Positions 1 through 12,660 of a stretch of 64,000 bases of DNA are shown one piece after another. How positions within the stretch are numbered: the stretch's first letter is position 1; every line of letters starts with the position of its first letter. The position numbers were made by a program, and so were the translations under genes. The notes under the pieces were generated by a model that did no database searches, had not been told where the DNA came from, and worked only from the letters and a program-made list of their open reading frames with translations. This DNA is from Octopus vulgaris. Its lineage: Eukaryota. The DNA is taken from the NCBI GenBank assembly GCA_951406725.2, contig OX597825.1:62682001-62746000 (forward strand), written 5' to 3'.

Positions 1-34
1 TACGTATGTACATGTATGCATGTATATATGTGTA

Positions 35-78
<44 letters not shown>

Positions 79-263
79 GGTCCCGGGTTGAGTCGGGGTT
101 AACCACAGTAAATAAGGTACTCAATACATAGCAGAGTAAATTAATTTATTTTATAGAAGGAGCTTCTACAGGACCAGAACTGTTTTATTCAAATGAAATC
201 ACCAGGAAGCTTATTTGAATGAAACAGTTCTAGTCCTGTAGAAGCTCCTTCTATAAAATAAAT
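79..263 (-). mobile_element. Penelope-like terminal fragment with asymmetric inverted repeat, embedded in (TA)n
   Basis: Arms 144-194 and 213-263 are near-perfect reverse complements; the left arm extends about 65 nt further; degenerate CTGGTGA...GAAACAGTT hammerhead remnant. Confidence 0.6.
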
Positions 264-366
264 ATATATACATATATATATGTATATGTGAGTGTATATG
301 TATATATATATATGTGTGCACATAAATATGCATATATGTGTATATATATATATGTATATATATATG

Positions 367-394
<28 letters not shown>

Positions 395-403
<9 letters not shown>

Positions 404-1736
404 GGCAAAATGTCTGTGTGTCTGTGTATCCTTTATACAAATCCACAGTTTTTCACGTAAAAGGCTCGCATTTTCTATGGGCTTTCAAAACTGTCTGAGG
501 GTGGTTGCGAAGATATTTTCATTTCCCCGGTCACCCCAGAAAGACATTACAAAAATCGATAAACCGACCCCTTATGCCCATAAGTTATAGGCATATCCAT
601 TCAAAATCGCTAAAACATAGAAATTTGTATGCGGTGAGTGCATACAGCTAGATACGCCAATAGACTGCCAGCTGGTTTTTGATTGGATGGAGATAATTTT
701 ACCCTTGACAGTTGAATGCGCATGTGCATTTGCAGATAGTCTGTATAGCTAAGCGCATTTTTGTGTTTTGCGAAGATGCATTATCATGTGTTCTGGCTTT
801 CAAACATGCATACTTTTTTGATTTGAGAAATGCAGGGAATAATTAATGAGTTAGACCATGTGAATGACAAGAGAGCGGGATTTTCATGAAAGACCAAATA
901 GGCTTCATAAGCTATCATTCCTTAAGTCTGCCATGAAAGAATTGGAGCCTATTCAATGAATCTATTTAGGAAGGGCTTTACTTTTATGCCTTCGGTTAAT
1001 TTAAGTTATCCAGCGAGAGCCCAGGATGTTTTATTCAAGTAGGATTAAAAATGAAAAATGGGTAAGTTGACCCCACCAAGAGATTTTCATAAAAAACGTT
1101 TAGTTGTTTGTATTCAGCCTAAGATTGAATCATTTGCTACCTACAAAGCAGGGGCATAAAGTTATCAGGGTGATCCTTTTGGGGCAAGAAATCTTAATTT
1201 GATTCGAGTTTACCAAAATTGCCAATCAATCAGTGGAAACTCAATAAAACTATTCCTTGTGGGTTTCCACATTTAAATTGACTGCAACCTTTTTTTTTAG
1301 CCCTAACTTCAGGTACGAATGACCTAAGATACAAAGATTTTCTTAAGCGAAATTTCATGCTTTTGTGTTTTGAGATACGAATGAAAATTGAGATGCTAAT
1401 TAATTTCCAGTCACATTTTTCTGCTCGCTAGGAAATCTGAGAACATTGTCAGCCCTGATTATTCATTTCATTTTGTTGATGAAGGTTTGCTTTCATGGTA
1501 ATCTTTATTGATTTTCTAACATGCTCCGCCTTCATCTTCAACAAAGCCGCCAAATTTGCAATGATTAATTACCTAGTGGAGCTGTACCTCTGGATGGGCT
1601 CAGAATCTGCAGAGGCTCAGTCAAACACATTAAAAAACATATGCAATGGAAAGGTGAACATAATTTCCGGAAAGAAAGAAAGGGATTTAGCACAAAACTA
1701 GCTCTATAACCTGTTGTTGCTGGGTCATAATGCTAG
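395..1736 (+). mobile_element. Non-autonomous Helitron-like element
   Basis: 5' TATATATAAATGGC followed by a TGTCTGTGTGTCTGT run; 3' end CCTGTTGTTGCTGGG hairpin remnant then CTAG|T. Confidence 0.55.
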
Positions 1737-1750
1737 TATGTATAAATATA

Positions 1751-1782
<32 letters not shown>

Positions 1783-1809
1783 ATGTATGCATATATATAT
1801 ATGCATATA

Positions 1810-1867
<58 letters not shown>

Positions 1868-1883
1868 GTGTATATATATATAT

Positions 1884-2281
1884 AGACATGGACATAGCTG
1901 TGTACTAAGAAGTTTCCTTCCCAACCACATGGTTCCAGGTTCACTTCCACTGCATGGCACCTTCGGTAAGTTTCTTCTACTATAGTCTTCAGCCAACCAA
2001 AGCCATGTCAGCGGATTTGGTTGACGAAAACTGAAAGAAGTCTGTCTTATATATATATTTACGTGTGTGTATTTGTGTCTGTGTTTGTTTCCCCACCATT
2101 GCCTAGAAACAGATGTTGGTGCGTTTACATCCCTGTAACTTAGCTGTTCAGCAGAATATATCAATAGAATAAGCACCAGGCCTACAAAGAAAAATTCCAG
2201 GGATCAATTTCATCAAATAAAAGGCGGTACTCCAGCATGACCATACTAAAATGGCTGAAACAAGTAACAGAGTAAAAGAGT
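1884..2281 (+). mobile_element. tRNA-derived SINE family A (CORE-like, octopus OR-type), diverged
   Basis: tRNA-like head, CCTTGGGCAAGT-like CORE motif, internal (TA)(TG) tract, (AGTAAAAG)n tail; more than 15 full or partial copies in the window, e.g. 2974-3265, 10139-10437, 15003-15140, 21849-21995, 26250-26348, 37497-37680, 41249-41460, 63250-63420. Confidence 0.8.
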
Positions 2282-2654
<373 letters not shown>

Positions 2655-2655
<1 letters not shown>

Positions 2656-2928
2656 GTAAAAACGGTAAGATAACAAAAGAAAGAAAGAGACCTCAATATT
2701 ATGTAAATAGAGGAAATTTATCTGTAAAATAATATATGAGAATTATTCAATAGCCAAGATTAAACTCTGAGTTTCGGATGCCAAAGTGGAAATCCACAAC
2801 ACCATCTCTTCAGTTATCTAGATGGCCAGATAACTGAAGAGATGGTGTTGTGGATTTCCACCTTGGCTTTCAAAACTCAGAGTTTTATCTTGGCTATTGA
2901 ATAATTGTCACATATTATTTTACAGATA
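2655..2928. mobile_element. Penelope-like terminal fragment: inverted pair, each arm carrying a hammerhead
   Basis: Arms 2719-2819 and 2828-2928 are inverted; about 64 nt unpaired extension on the left; flanked by (TA)n. Confidence 0.7.
2757..2819 (-). ncRNA. Type I hammerhead ribozyme motif
   Basis: AGATAA-CTGAAGA-GATG...GTGGA TT TCCAC...CATC-C-GAAA-CTCAGAG-TT-TAATCT; the mirror copy 2828-2890 has helix I TTATCT but G12 mutated. Confidence 0.65.
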
Positions 2929-3311
2929 TATATATATATGCACACACACACAGATACATATATATATATATATATTATAGCCTGAGGCTGACCAAATCCT
3001 TGTGAGTAGATTTTGTATACGGAAACTGAAAGAAGACTGTCATATATACATGTATATTTGTGTGTGTGTGTGTGTTTGTATCCCCATCATTACTTGACAA
3101 CTGATGTTGCTGTATTTACAGTCTCATAACTTAGTGGCTCAGTAAAAGATACTGATAGAATAAGTACTAGGCTTACAAAGAATAACTTGTGTAGTTGATT
3201 TGTTTGACCAACAGTGGTGCTTCAGCATGGCCACAGTCACATGACTGAAACAGCTAAATCAATAAAAAATTATGCCATTTTAATCCCAAGCAAAGCCGAT
3301 GTTCTCTGTTA

Positions 3312-3386
<75 letters not shown>

Positions 3387-3399
3387 TATATATATATAT

Positions 3400-3588
3400 T
3401 GGAGTAAACACATAAATGTGAAACAAGGTGGAAAAAAGATTACACAAATACCAGAGGTAGAGTAATATGCTTTATTTAAAAGCAGCAGAAATTTAACAAA
3501 GACTGTTACTCAGAGTTTCACAAACAGGAATGTGAAACTCTGAGTAACAGCTTTTGTTAAATTTCTGCTGCTTTTAAATAAAGTATAT
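3400..3588 (-). mobile_element. Penelope-like terminal fold-back fragment in (TA)n
   Basis: Arms 3465-3522 and 3531-3588; contains GAAACTCTGAGTA (3' half of a hammerhead); about 65 nt unpaired extension. Confidence 0.6.
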
Positions 3589-4132
3589 ATATATATATAC
3601 ATATACTTAAGCCAACAAAGATCCTCTCAGCACTGGTAAAATACCATAAACCATTTATTTCTTGAGTGATTGTCTATAATTTGAAACACATCTGCTTACA
3701 GTCATGGACATTTACAAGCAAAATAAATATATAATATCTTATCAAATAAAATTTACTGATGAGCTGGCTGGAAAAAAATAAACAAAAATGCATTTATATT
3801 TAGGGATATATATTTCACTGAAATATTCAAGAAAGAGGTTTCTACAATATCTCTTTCATACTTAGTGGGATATGAAAATATCAAACCGCTTCAAATTTGA
3901 AATTTCTATTAAATTCCCATTTTACGAAAAAAATATTTAATGGGTTAAGTTTCAAACTAACGTAACTACAACAGGGGGGAAACTAATTACTTTTACAGAT
4001 TAGAAGCGAAGCAAATTAGCCATCATTTTAAATTGGAAACCACTGAATCATTCATCATAGATTTAAGAAAAAAGCGAAAGTCATTGAGTTAATTAGAAGC
4101 AAATTTATATACATAAATATATATATCATATA

Positions 4133-4170
<38 letters not shown>

Positions 4171-4191
4171 TAGATAGATAGATAGATAGAT

Positions 4192-4222
<31 letters not shown>

Positions 4223-4589
4223 TAGATAGATATATATACAAATATATACATACACCTGCATATATATACATATATATTTATATACACATATAGGTATATA
4301 CATACACACACATATGTATATATTTATATATATATATATTATTTAAAGATGTGTCAATAAGAAATTTCTCTGTATCAATGAAACTCTGCTGTAAGCACTC
4401 CAAAGTAATAGAATAAGAAAATAACAGATTATATAAAATACATTAAATAGGAAATATACATAGTTGATATCATACCCCCATACCCACAGTTTACATAGGT
4501 AGAGTAGTATAGTTAGTTGGCTGTTATGAAGATAGGTGTATATGTGTATGTAAGCATATGGATATGAAAATGAACAGATCAACATACAG

Positions 4590-5050
4590 ACGGATAGGTA
4601 CACAGGTTATAAGAACAGACAAGCACACATACGCAAATGGAAATTGAAACACATGACCATATATACACACACACTTTACTCCACACAAGGACACATATAG
4701 AGACACGTGTCCACACATATGTATAGATGCACATCTATACATAGAAACATGGTATTTAGTTGCAAAACACACACACACACTCAGACATGCACACTCAAGG
4801 AGAAAGAGGTGCATACATCAACAAACACACACACGCATACACACATACATAAAAAACACAAACACGGACATGCAAGCACATGAATATGCAGAATATATAC
4901 ATACAGATGCACACACATACATACATATATACATATGTATACACACACATGTATACATACACACACATGCATACATACATAAATACATACATACATGCCT
5001 GCATGCATAAGCACACTCACACACACACACTGACTCACACACATGCGCAC
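4590..5050. repeat. Degenerate (CA)/(TACA) low-complexity tract
   Basis: Direct reading. Confidence 0.85.
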
Positions 5051-5084
5051 AACTAAACAAAAAGGAATGCAGTGTAAATAACGG

Positions 5085-5290
5085 TCAGAGTCAAGACTAT
5101 TCGAAAGGCTGCAAGATGCAACGAAAATTTTAAGAAAATAAAAATAAGAAATAAGTGGAAATTTTATCGGTGAGTGTGTTAAATTATAAGTCACCAAAAT
5201 AAAATGACTCTTCCCAGCCACAACAGGATATGCTTCAACACATGAACTCACATAAAGAATCTTGCAAACCAAATCCCAAAACGAAAGATT
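5085..5290. repeat. Unclassified dispersed repeat, second copy at about 25705-25910
   Basis: GAGTCAAGACTATT...GAATCTTGCAAACCAAATCC shared by both loci, each abutting (TA)n. Confidence 0.75.
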
Positions 5291-5300
5291 GTATAAATAA

Positions 5301-5331
<31 letters not shown>

Positions 5332-5332
5332 A

Positions 5333-5367
<35 letters not shown>

Positions 5368-6070
5368 TACATACATAATTATATATATATCTTAAACGTA
5401 TGTATATTATATATATTTACACACACACATTGCATATATACATATCTATATATATATATGTAAAAATAAAAAAATACACAAACTGGGACAAGAACGTGAA
5501 ACATTTAGAAGACGACACAAAAAACACGGATGGGACTTTCGAAGCTCTTAGTCATCAGTCAAGAACCAGATCATCTTCGCAATTTCGGCTGATTAATCTT
5601 GAGATTGCTCCGATCTGGGCAGCCCCCAAGGGAAATCTAAGCCAAGCGCATTAGATTCCTTGGAAAAAAGCCTCGAAAGTATACAATATATGTATGTGTG
5701 TGAATATTTACATACATAGATATGTCTTTCTCAGATGTATGATAGACACGGAGACCAATCATACATAGAAAACCATTTAATACCTGAATGATATGCAGGA
5801 AAAGGAAATATGCAGAAATGTAAATATTTCTCAAGAAAATTTCAAAAATAAGCAAACATTACATGTTATCATTGTATAACCTAAGTCATCTCTGATCAAG
5901 CAAATTGATTAAGGCATTCCAGCCATCCATAACCATCATGCATTAATTTTTTAGATGATGTCTTTCTCAAGGCAATATTACACAATATGACTTCTTTTTA
6001 AAAGTGTCTTGTTGGGTCTTAAGTGGTCTGATATGAGAGAGATTTGTTAGCTATTTCCAGGAGGTTGTGT

Positions 6071-6379
6071 TGTTGTTTGTTTGTTCCTTCTCGAGCCATG
6101 CCTGGCTCATAAGGGTCGGTCTCCTGGTTTCCTTGGCATATAGGTTCCCCACTTGGAATGGACGCCGGTCCATCGCAGGTGAGCTGCAAGATGCAGGAGG
6201 AAAGAGTGAGAGAATGTTGTGGTGAAAGAGTCAGCAGAAGTTCGCCATTACCTTCTACCGGAGCCACGTGGAGCTTAGGTGTTTTGCTCATAAACACACA
6301 CATTGCCCGGTCTGACATTCAAACCCACGATCCCATGGCTGTGAGTCCGCTGCTCTAACCACTAGGCCATGTGCCTCTA
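6071..6379 (-). mobile_element. tRNA-derived SINE family D, tail type 1
   Basis: tRNA-like head near 6310-6379; 13-bp TSD CAGGAGGTTGTGT at 6058-6070 and 6380-6392; (AAC)n tail. Confidence 0.85.
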
Positions 6380-6659
6380 CAGGAGGTTGTGTGACTTCAC
6401 AGATACTCCTTTAGTAGTTCAGTGTGGGACATACAATGAGTTTTGTATCAAATGAAATCAAAAACAATTTCAGACAGAACCATAATATTGTTTCTCAAGC
6501 CACTGAAAAAAATGTTTAGGAATAAGTAGCAGAGATATAGCCATATTTAGAAATGAAAGCATTTTAGCAATAAAGAAAAATAAGTATCAAACAGGTACAT
6601 AAAATTAATTAAATATTCAATTCTAAAGGAAAGAACAAAATGGAATAAATAGATAAATA

Positions 6660-7049
6660 GATATATATATATGAAGCTGAAGTTGTCTGTGTGTGGCAGG
6701 TTTGGTAGCCTTCAACTAACACTACCTCCTCCGAAACCTTGTGGCGCAAGTTGACCAAAATTAAGAGTATGATAGAAGGCTTGCTCTTCATTCTGTAGAA
6801 GATAAAATTCAAATTGGACCATGTTAACACCAAAAATTACTCACATCAAAAAGCTGCTTTTTTCTCTGAAAATCCCTATTTTTTACAATTTTTTTACTGC
6901 TGTGTCGCCATTTTACGATGTATTTAAACCAGAAAAATGTTCACTTAAAGAGAATAACAAGCTACATAATGCAAAATTTTTACTTTTCAAAATTTCCAAT
7001 TCCAAAGGGTCGAAACAAACCCGAGCAACACCAGGCGATACTGCCAGTA
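6660..7049 (+). mobile_element. Non-autonomous Helitron-like element
   Basis: 5' ATATATATGAAGCTGAAGTTGTCTGTGTGT; 3' CCCGAGCAACACCAGG hairpin remnant and degenerate CTAGT (CCAGT). Confidence 0.6.
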
Positions 7050-7986
7050 GATATAAAAATAAAGTCTTGGGATAGAATTAGGAGCGAAAATACAAATGCA
7101 GTTCAATAGTCAGTAGAATTATTGAATACAATTATATAGTCTATGTATAGAGATTCAGGAATTAATATTAAAAATCTGCATGCCAAACATGTAATTACAT
7201 AATCTGCCAATATTACAATTATTGACTCAAACCAGAATAGTAATTTAAGGTTAAAAGTAGACTTTTAATTCATACCAAATTAATATCAAGACCTTATGTA
7301 AATGAGAGTCTTAAAGTAACATATACCAAAGATTTATCATTCCAACTCAGTTAAATTCAATTTCTTATTAAATCATGTTTACTGATGTTAATCAATAAAT
7401 AACAATTAACCTAGTTAGTGAACGTTCATATTGTGGCCAATTTTAAATATTGGCTATGTGTACAAACTTTATTTATTGGCTGTGCTATACATGTCTTATA
7501 TCATATTCAAATATATTCATACTTGCACCAAATTTTAAAACAGAACTACATAGCTTCAGGCTATGCAATGAATTAAATTTGAAGTTATTGGGAGAAGCTG
7601 CAATTAAAATGAATTCAGTTTTACAATTTGACAGTTAACGTATGATGAAAAGCTCTTTTCATATATTATAAAGACTCTTTTTTTTTGTGTCCTTTGATTT
7701 TTTTTTATTCTTTTACCTTTGTAATATTTTGGAGGAAATTGTTGTTTCAATCGTTGAAATTGCAAGAAGTTCCAGATATATGAACATTTCATAGATTTAC
7801 TGATTCATTAAACACAAAATATTGAATGTTAATTTGGACAAATGGAATATTTCTCAGTGAAATAGAACATTGCCAAACGTCTCTATGTATGTGTGTAAAT
7901 GGTACGTGCTAATACTACCATATATAAATATATGTATATATATTTATACACACATATATACATATATATGTATGAGTGTGTGTGTT

Positions 7987-8074
<88 letters not shown>

Positions 8075-8437
8075 CACACACATATATATCACTCTGGTAT
8101 ACAAACTGAAATTTGATGAGGATCATTAGGTTTATAGCATTACAAACACTTTTCTGAATAATTAACTTAAATTTGAACAATCACCTTAAATACAAGGAAA
8201 ATATTTATGACACCATACAGAAATATGTAGAGACGATTTAGCAGCATGGAATAACAACAAGAATAGTCCTTTCCATAAAAACAAAAAGAAAGAAAGAGTG
8301 AGAGCTAATAGTAATAACAGTAAGGACGATAAATATGCAGAGTTGCAATAACAAATTGTTCAACAATTAGTATGTCTATTTATTTATTACTATACGTGTT
8401 TAACTTCTGAAAATATAATTCAAGTAATGCATTAGGG

Positions 8438-8594
8438 AGGACCACTAAGTGGACATCCATTATGCTAGAAGTCGACTCCTTATGGTCTTACCACTAAGAA
8501 AGGAATGTCCTCAAGGGAGGTTCTTCTTAGTGGTAAAACCATAGGGGGGGGGGGCGAGTTCTAGCATATTGGATGTCCACTTAGTTGTCATCCT
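8438..8594. repeat. Fold-back (MITE-like) inverted repeat
   Basis: Arms 8438-8505 and 8521-8594. Confidence 0.7.
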
Positions 8595-8768
8595 TCTTAT
8601 ATGTATGTAATATAGTTTTTCTGAATCTTCAGATTTTTCTTTATGCTAGACCACTGGTTTTAAATTGATATGAATCAAATTAGAATTCAATTTTTCACCC
8701 TTGTTATTTTATATATATATATATATATACATATACACATACACATAGATATATACATATATATATGT

Positions 8769-8817
<49 letters not shown>

Positions 8818-8819
<2 letters not shown>

Positions 8820-9028
8820 CTAAAGAGCCCCTTCGATCACAAATGACCATGGGATTGCACCCTAGAAAGTCCCCTTCCTAGACAAAAGTCTGGGCAAGTT
8901 TATTTATGAAAGACCAGCACTCACCTAGCACTCACACACCACTGATGTTATACAAGGAAAAGGCAAATCTGATACAGCTTGTCACCAGTGACATTGCAAC
9001 ACATTTCTAGAGCTGAATGAACTGGAGG
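8818..9028 (-). mobile_element. SINE 3' portion, related to 38622-38950
   Basis: Shared CTAGAAAGT..CCCTTC..GGGCAAG and GACATTGCAAC motifs. Confidence 0.55.
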
Positions 9029-9234
9029 GTTTTTTCATATTAATCGTTTGGACTTTGTGAACACATACCAATTGTTTTCATAACATATTTAATGCTTTGA
9101 ATTAAATGTGACCATTTTGGGTCGAGTCTGCAGTTTGAATCACTTTAAACAAATTTTAGCAGGCCGGATTTTTGAACATCACGATACATCGCCAGCAACT
9201 CCCTGAAACTCTCCCCTGAAATCCCCATTGAGAA

Positions 9235-9271
<37 letters not shown>

Positions 9272-10197
9272 CATATACACACACATACATATATATATAT
9301 ATACTAGCATTATTACCTGTCGTTGCTGGGTCATAGTGCTAGTACTATATATTTTTGACAATCTGCTGTATTCAGGCATATGTATAAGGAAATCAACTTT
9401 TACAGAAACAAAAAAAAAACAAACACTATCTCATAAATACAACACTGAGCCACACTTGACACTTCAACGATAAAGTGTTCACTTGTAGGCTAAACTGTGT
9501 AAAATGTATCTTTTAAAGTCAACGTTTTAGCGTTAGATCGCCTCATATCATAAAACATAATCCACTTTGTAAAGCAACATACTTTTATGTTATTACATCT
9601 ATTGTACTTCAATGTGTTCTTTTATCTTCTGCATATATCAAAATGTAAACCCGCAAAAGTGACTTTACTGACATATGTCTAATATATTAACATTTAATTC
9701 TTTTTCACCACTTATGCCAAAATAATGTGGATATCATCCTTGTCACTGTTGTTGTAGCATATTTTTTAGCATTATCACATGGATTTGATGGGATTTGTTG
9801 AAGCGGGTTTATTTTTCTATGGCTGGATGCTCTTCCTGTCATCAACCTGCAGCTGTTTCCAAGTATGGTAATATTTCCCTGTGACCAGACATGTTTCTAT
9901 GCAACATTGGAAATAAATGATGCTGCTTCCATGATGGGGCACTAGTTTACAGTATTACATGATGTAAAGGTAAGGACACAGATACACACACACTTATGAG
10001 TGTACATGTACAACCACTCATAAATACATACACATATACATACATACCCACACATATGTGTGAGTGCGGGTGCACATATGTATGTGTATATATGTATATA
10101 TATATATATATATATATGTGTGTATCTATACATACATATATATTGTTTTCTCTGGTTTCAGCTCAGAACTGTGGCCATGCTGATGCATATATTTATA

Positions 10198-10258
<61 letters not shown>

Positions 10259-10648
10259 TTATACACACATTGGGTTTCTTTGAGCTTCCATCTACCAAAT
10301 CTACTCCCAAGGCTTTGATTGACTCTTGGCTATAGAATAAGACATTTACCCAAGCTACCACATGGTGGGACTGAGCCCAGAACCATGAGGTTGAAAAGCC
10401 AATCTTTTACTCTACACACATCCACACCTGTGCCTGCAGTTTTGTTGCTACATTTGCATCACTATCAAACAACCAGTTTCTCAGAGAATTTAGGATTCAT
10501 TCATATGAGCCATAGCTTATTCTTGTCTTTCTTTATTTATCACTCACACTATTTTTCTCAATGTTTATATCATTATTATTGTTTTATGTTTTAAAATGGA
10601 CAGGTTATCACAGCTAGAGTCAGTGTGTATATTCTTATATAGCATATA

Positions 10649-10866
10649 AGGCTGCGAGCTGGCAGAATCATTAGCTCACCTGGTGAAATGCTCAGCAGTA
10701 TTTCATCTGCCATTACGTTCTGAGTTCAAATTCTGCTGTGGTCAACTTTGCATTTTATCCTTTCGGGGTTAATTAAATAAGTACCAGTTATGCACTGGGG
10801 TCAATGTAATCGACTTAATCTCTTTGTTTGTCCCCTCTGTATTTCGCCTCCTCTGGGCAATAAATA
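10649..10866 (+). mobile_element. tRNA-derived SINE family B
   Basis: GGCTGCGAGCTGGCAGAATC head, GAGTTCAAATTC B-box, central GTCAACTTTG..TCCTTTCGGGG..AAGTACCAG domain, GGGCAATAAA tail. Confidence 0.8.
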
Positions 10867-11080
10867 TATATAGCATGTAGAGTCAAAATATGCACACCTA
10901 GGCTGTTTGTGTGTGTGGTGTTGGGGGGCCTCACCTTATTTGTGTTTCATTTTGGTTTGTCCTACAACAACATTTTGGTTTGTCCTAACTTCAACCACTT
11001 CACAAAGTTTACTGGGTACCATTTTAAATGCTGCCATCACTAGAATAGAAAAATGTCATGTTCTCGACAACATTGAAGTC

Positions 11081-11223
11081 TACATTATTTACATTTGATG
11101 GATATTTGTCCTCATCTTGTTTGTTGTTAACACAACGTTTCAGCTGATATACCCTCCTGCCTTCTTCAGGTGTCTTGGGGAAATTTCGAACCTGGGTTCT
11201 CATTCCTAAGGTATTTTTCGATG

Positions 11224-11274
<51 letters not shown>

Positions 11275-11345
11275 TCGCTACCTGGAATCAAACTCGGAAT
11301 CTTGGGGTTAGTAGCCCGTGCTCTTAACCACTACACTATATGCCC
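11081..11345 (-). mobile_element. tRNA-headed, hammerhead-bearing non-autonomous retroelement (antisense arm)
   Basis: tRNA-like head about 11273-11345, (TAA)n spacer, body, HHR 11129-11174; lacks the terminal ~29 nt tail. Confidence 0.8.
11129..11174 (-). ncRNA. Minimal type I hammerhead ribozyme
   Basis: GACAC-CTGAAGA-A-GGCAG-GAGGGTATAT-CAGCT-GAA-ACGT-T-GTGTT: intact core, helix I GACAC/GTGTT, palindromic AACGTT stem III. Confidence 0.7.
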
Positions 11346-11348
11346 AGA

Positions 11349-11635
11349 AGCATAACGCATAGTGGTTAAGAGCGTGTGCTACTAACCCCAAGATTCCAAG
11401 TTCGATTCCAAGCAGTGACCATAATAAAAATAATAATAATAATAATAACAACAACATCGAAAAATACCTTAGGAATGAGAACCCAGGTTCGAAATTTCTC
11501 CAAGACACCAGAAGAAGGCAGGAGGGTATATCAGCCGAAACGTTGTGTTAACAACAAAGAAGATGAGGACATATATCCGTCAAATGTAAATAATGTAAAT
11601 AATGTACATAATTCCTCATCTCTTAAATATAGAAC
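11349..11635 (+). mobile_element. tRNA-headed, hammerhead-bearing non-autonomous retroelement (sense arm, full tail)
   Basis: A-box ...TAGTGGTT, B-box GTTCGATTCC, (TAA)n, HHR 11504-11549 with U4>A, tail ending TATAGAAC; 12-bp TSD AACATTGAAGTC at 11069-11080 and 11637-11648 brackets both arms. Confidence 0.8.
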
Positions 11636-12660
11636 GAACATTGAAGTCCCTCTCAACTGTTTGCAAACAGTGGAGTGATTGGAATATTCAGTGTTAAAAT
11701 AGGTAATAGGTATACACATTGAAGACGATATCAACAAGATGGAATGGTAATAACAAAGGTCTATATAACCATAATAAGGGAAATGAGAACAAACACCAAA
11801 AAAAAGAAAAAACAGTTGTTGCTAACATGAAATCTTAATTATTGTACATGTTGGTGAAATATCGTACAAATAATTTTGAATCTAACCAGTACTGATTGTG
11901 AAGGTTGCAATTTCCCATATATATTTTGCTGTGGCATTATTTTTATTTATTTATTTATTCTTTTATTTATCTATTTATTTTTGGGAAATGTTTGATATTT
12001 TAGAACATTATGTTATAACAGTTTGGTCGCAAAATGATTCATTGATCTTAACCAGAAGCTAAATAGAAACATATGTATGTAAATCTTCAATTGATGCTAT
12101 TTGTAAAACATTGGTTGATATAAATAAAACATTGCCATGCATTCTAACTCAGAAGTGTTTCATTGCCAGAAACAATAAACTATAAATACACTAACAAATT
12201 GGAAAAATAAACATTTGGAAGTTTGAACTAAAATATTTCCTAAAAGTATTGCATTTTATTCCTGAACAAAACTGTTTTGTTTACTAAACCAAATCTATCT
12301 GAGTTGTTTACCAAGAATCAATTCTCCTCTCAATAATATACAACTCTAAGTGTCAAATACAGAAATGATTATTGCTAGCAAAATTACAGACAGCATATTT
12401 TCTTCATTTTTGCCTTTTTTTAAAATTTTAACCTTTCCAGTACCAATCATTCTCAAACCAGTCTTGGTTCTGTTATATAAACCTGCTTCTTTAAAATGAT
12501 CTGAATTTAACCCTTTAGCATGATTATTAACTGAGAACAATTTGTATAAGTCATTCAAGTAGTATTATGTAAAAAATAAATTAACTGCAACCTTTTAAAG
12601 CCTAGCCAGGCTCATGGGCCCGGTTTCCCAGTTTCAATGGCATATGTGTTCCTTTAGTGT

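Noticed and set aside
5530-5562. Minus-strand CTGATGA...GAAAGTC as an intact hammerhead
   Set aside because: Stem II and helix I do not form convincingly in this copy; at best a decayed motif
11273-11420. Two apparent tRNA genes
   Set aside because: Acceptor and anticodon stems do not pair fully and each continues into a repeat body; these are SINE heads
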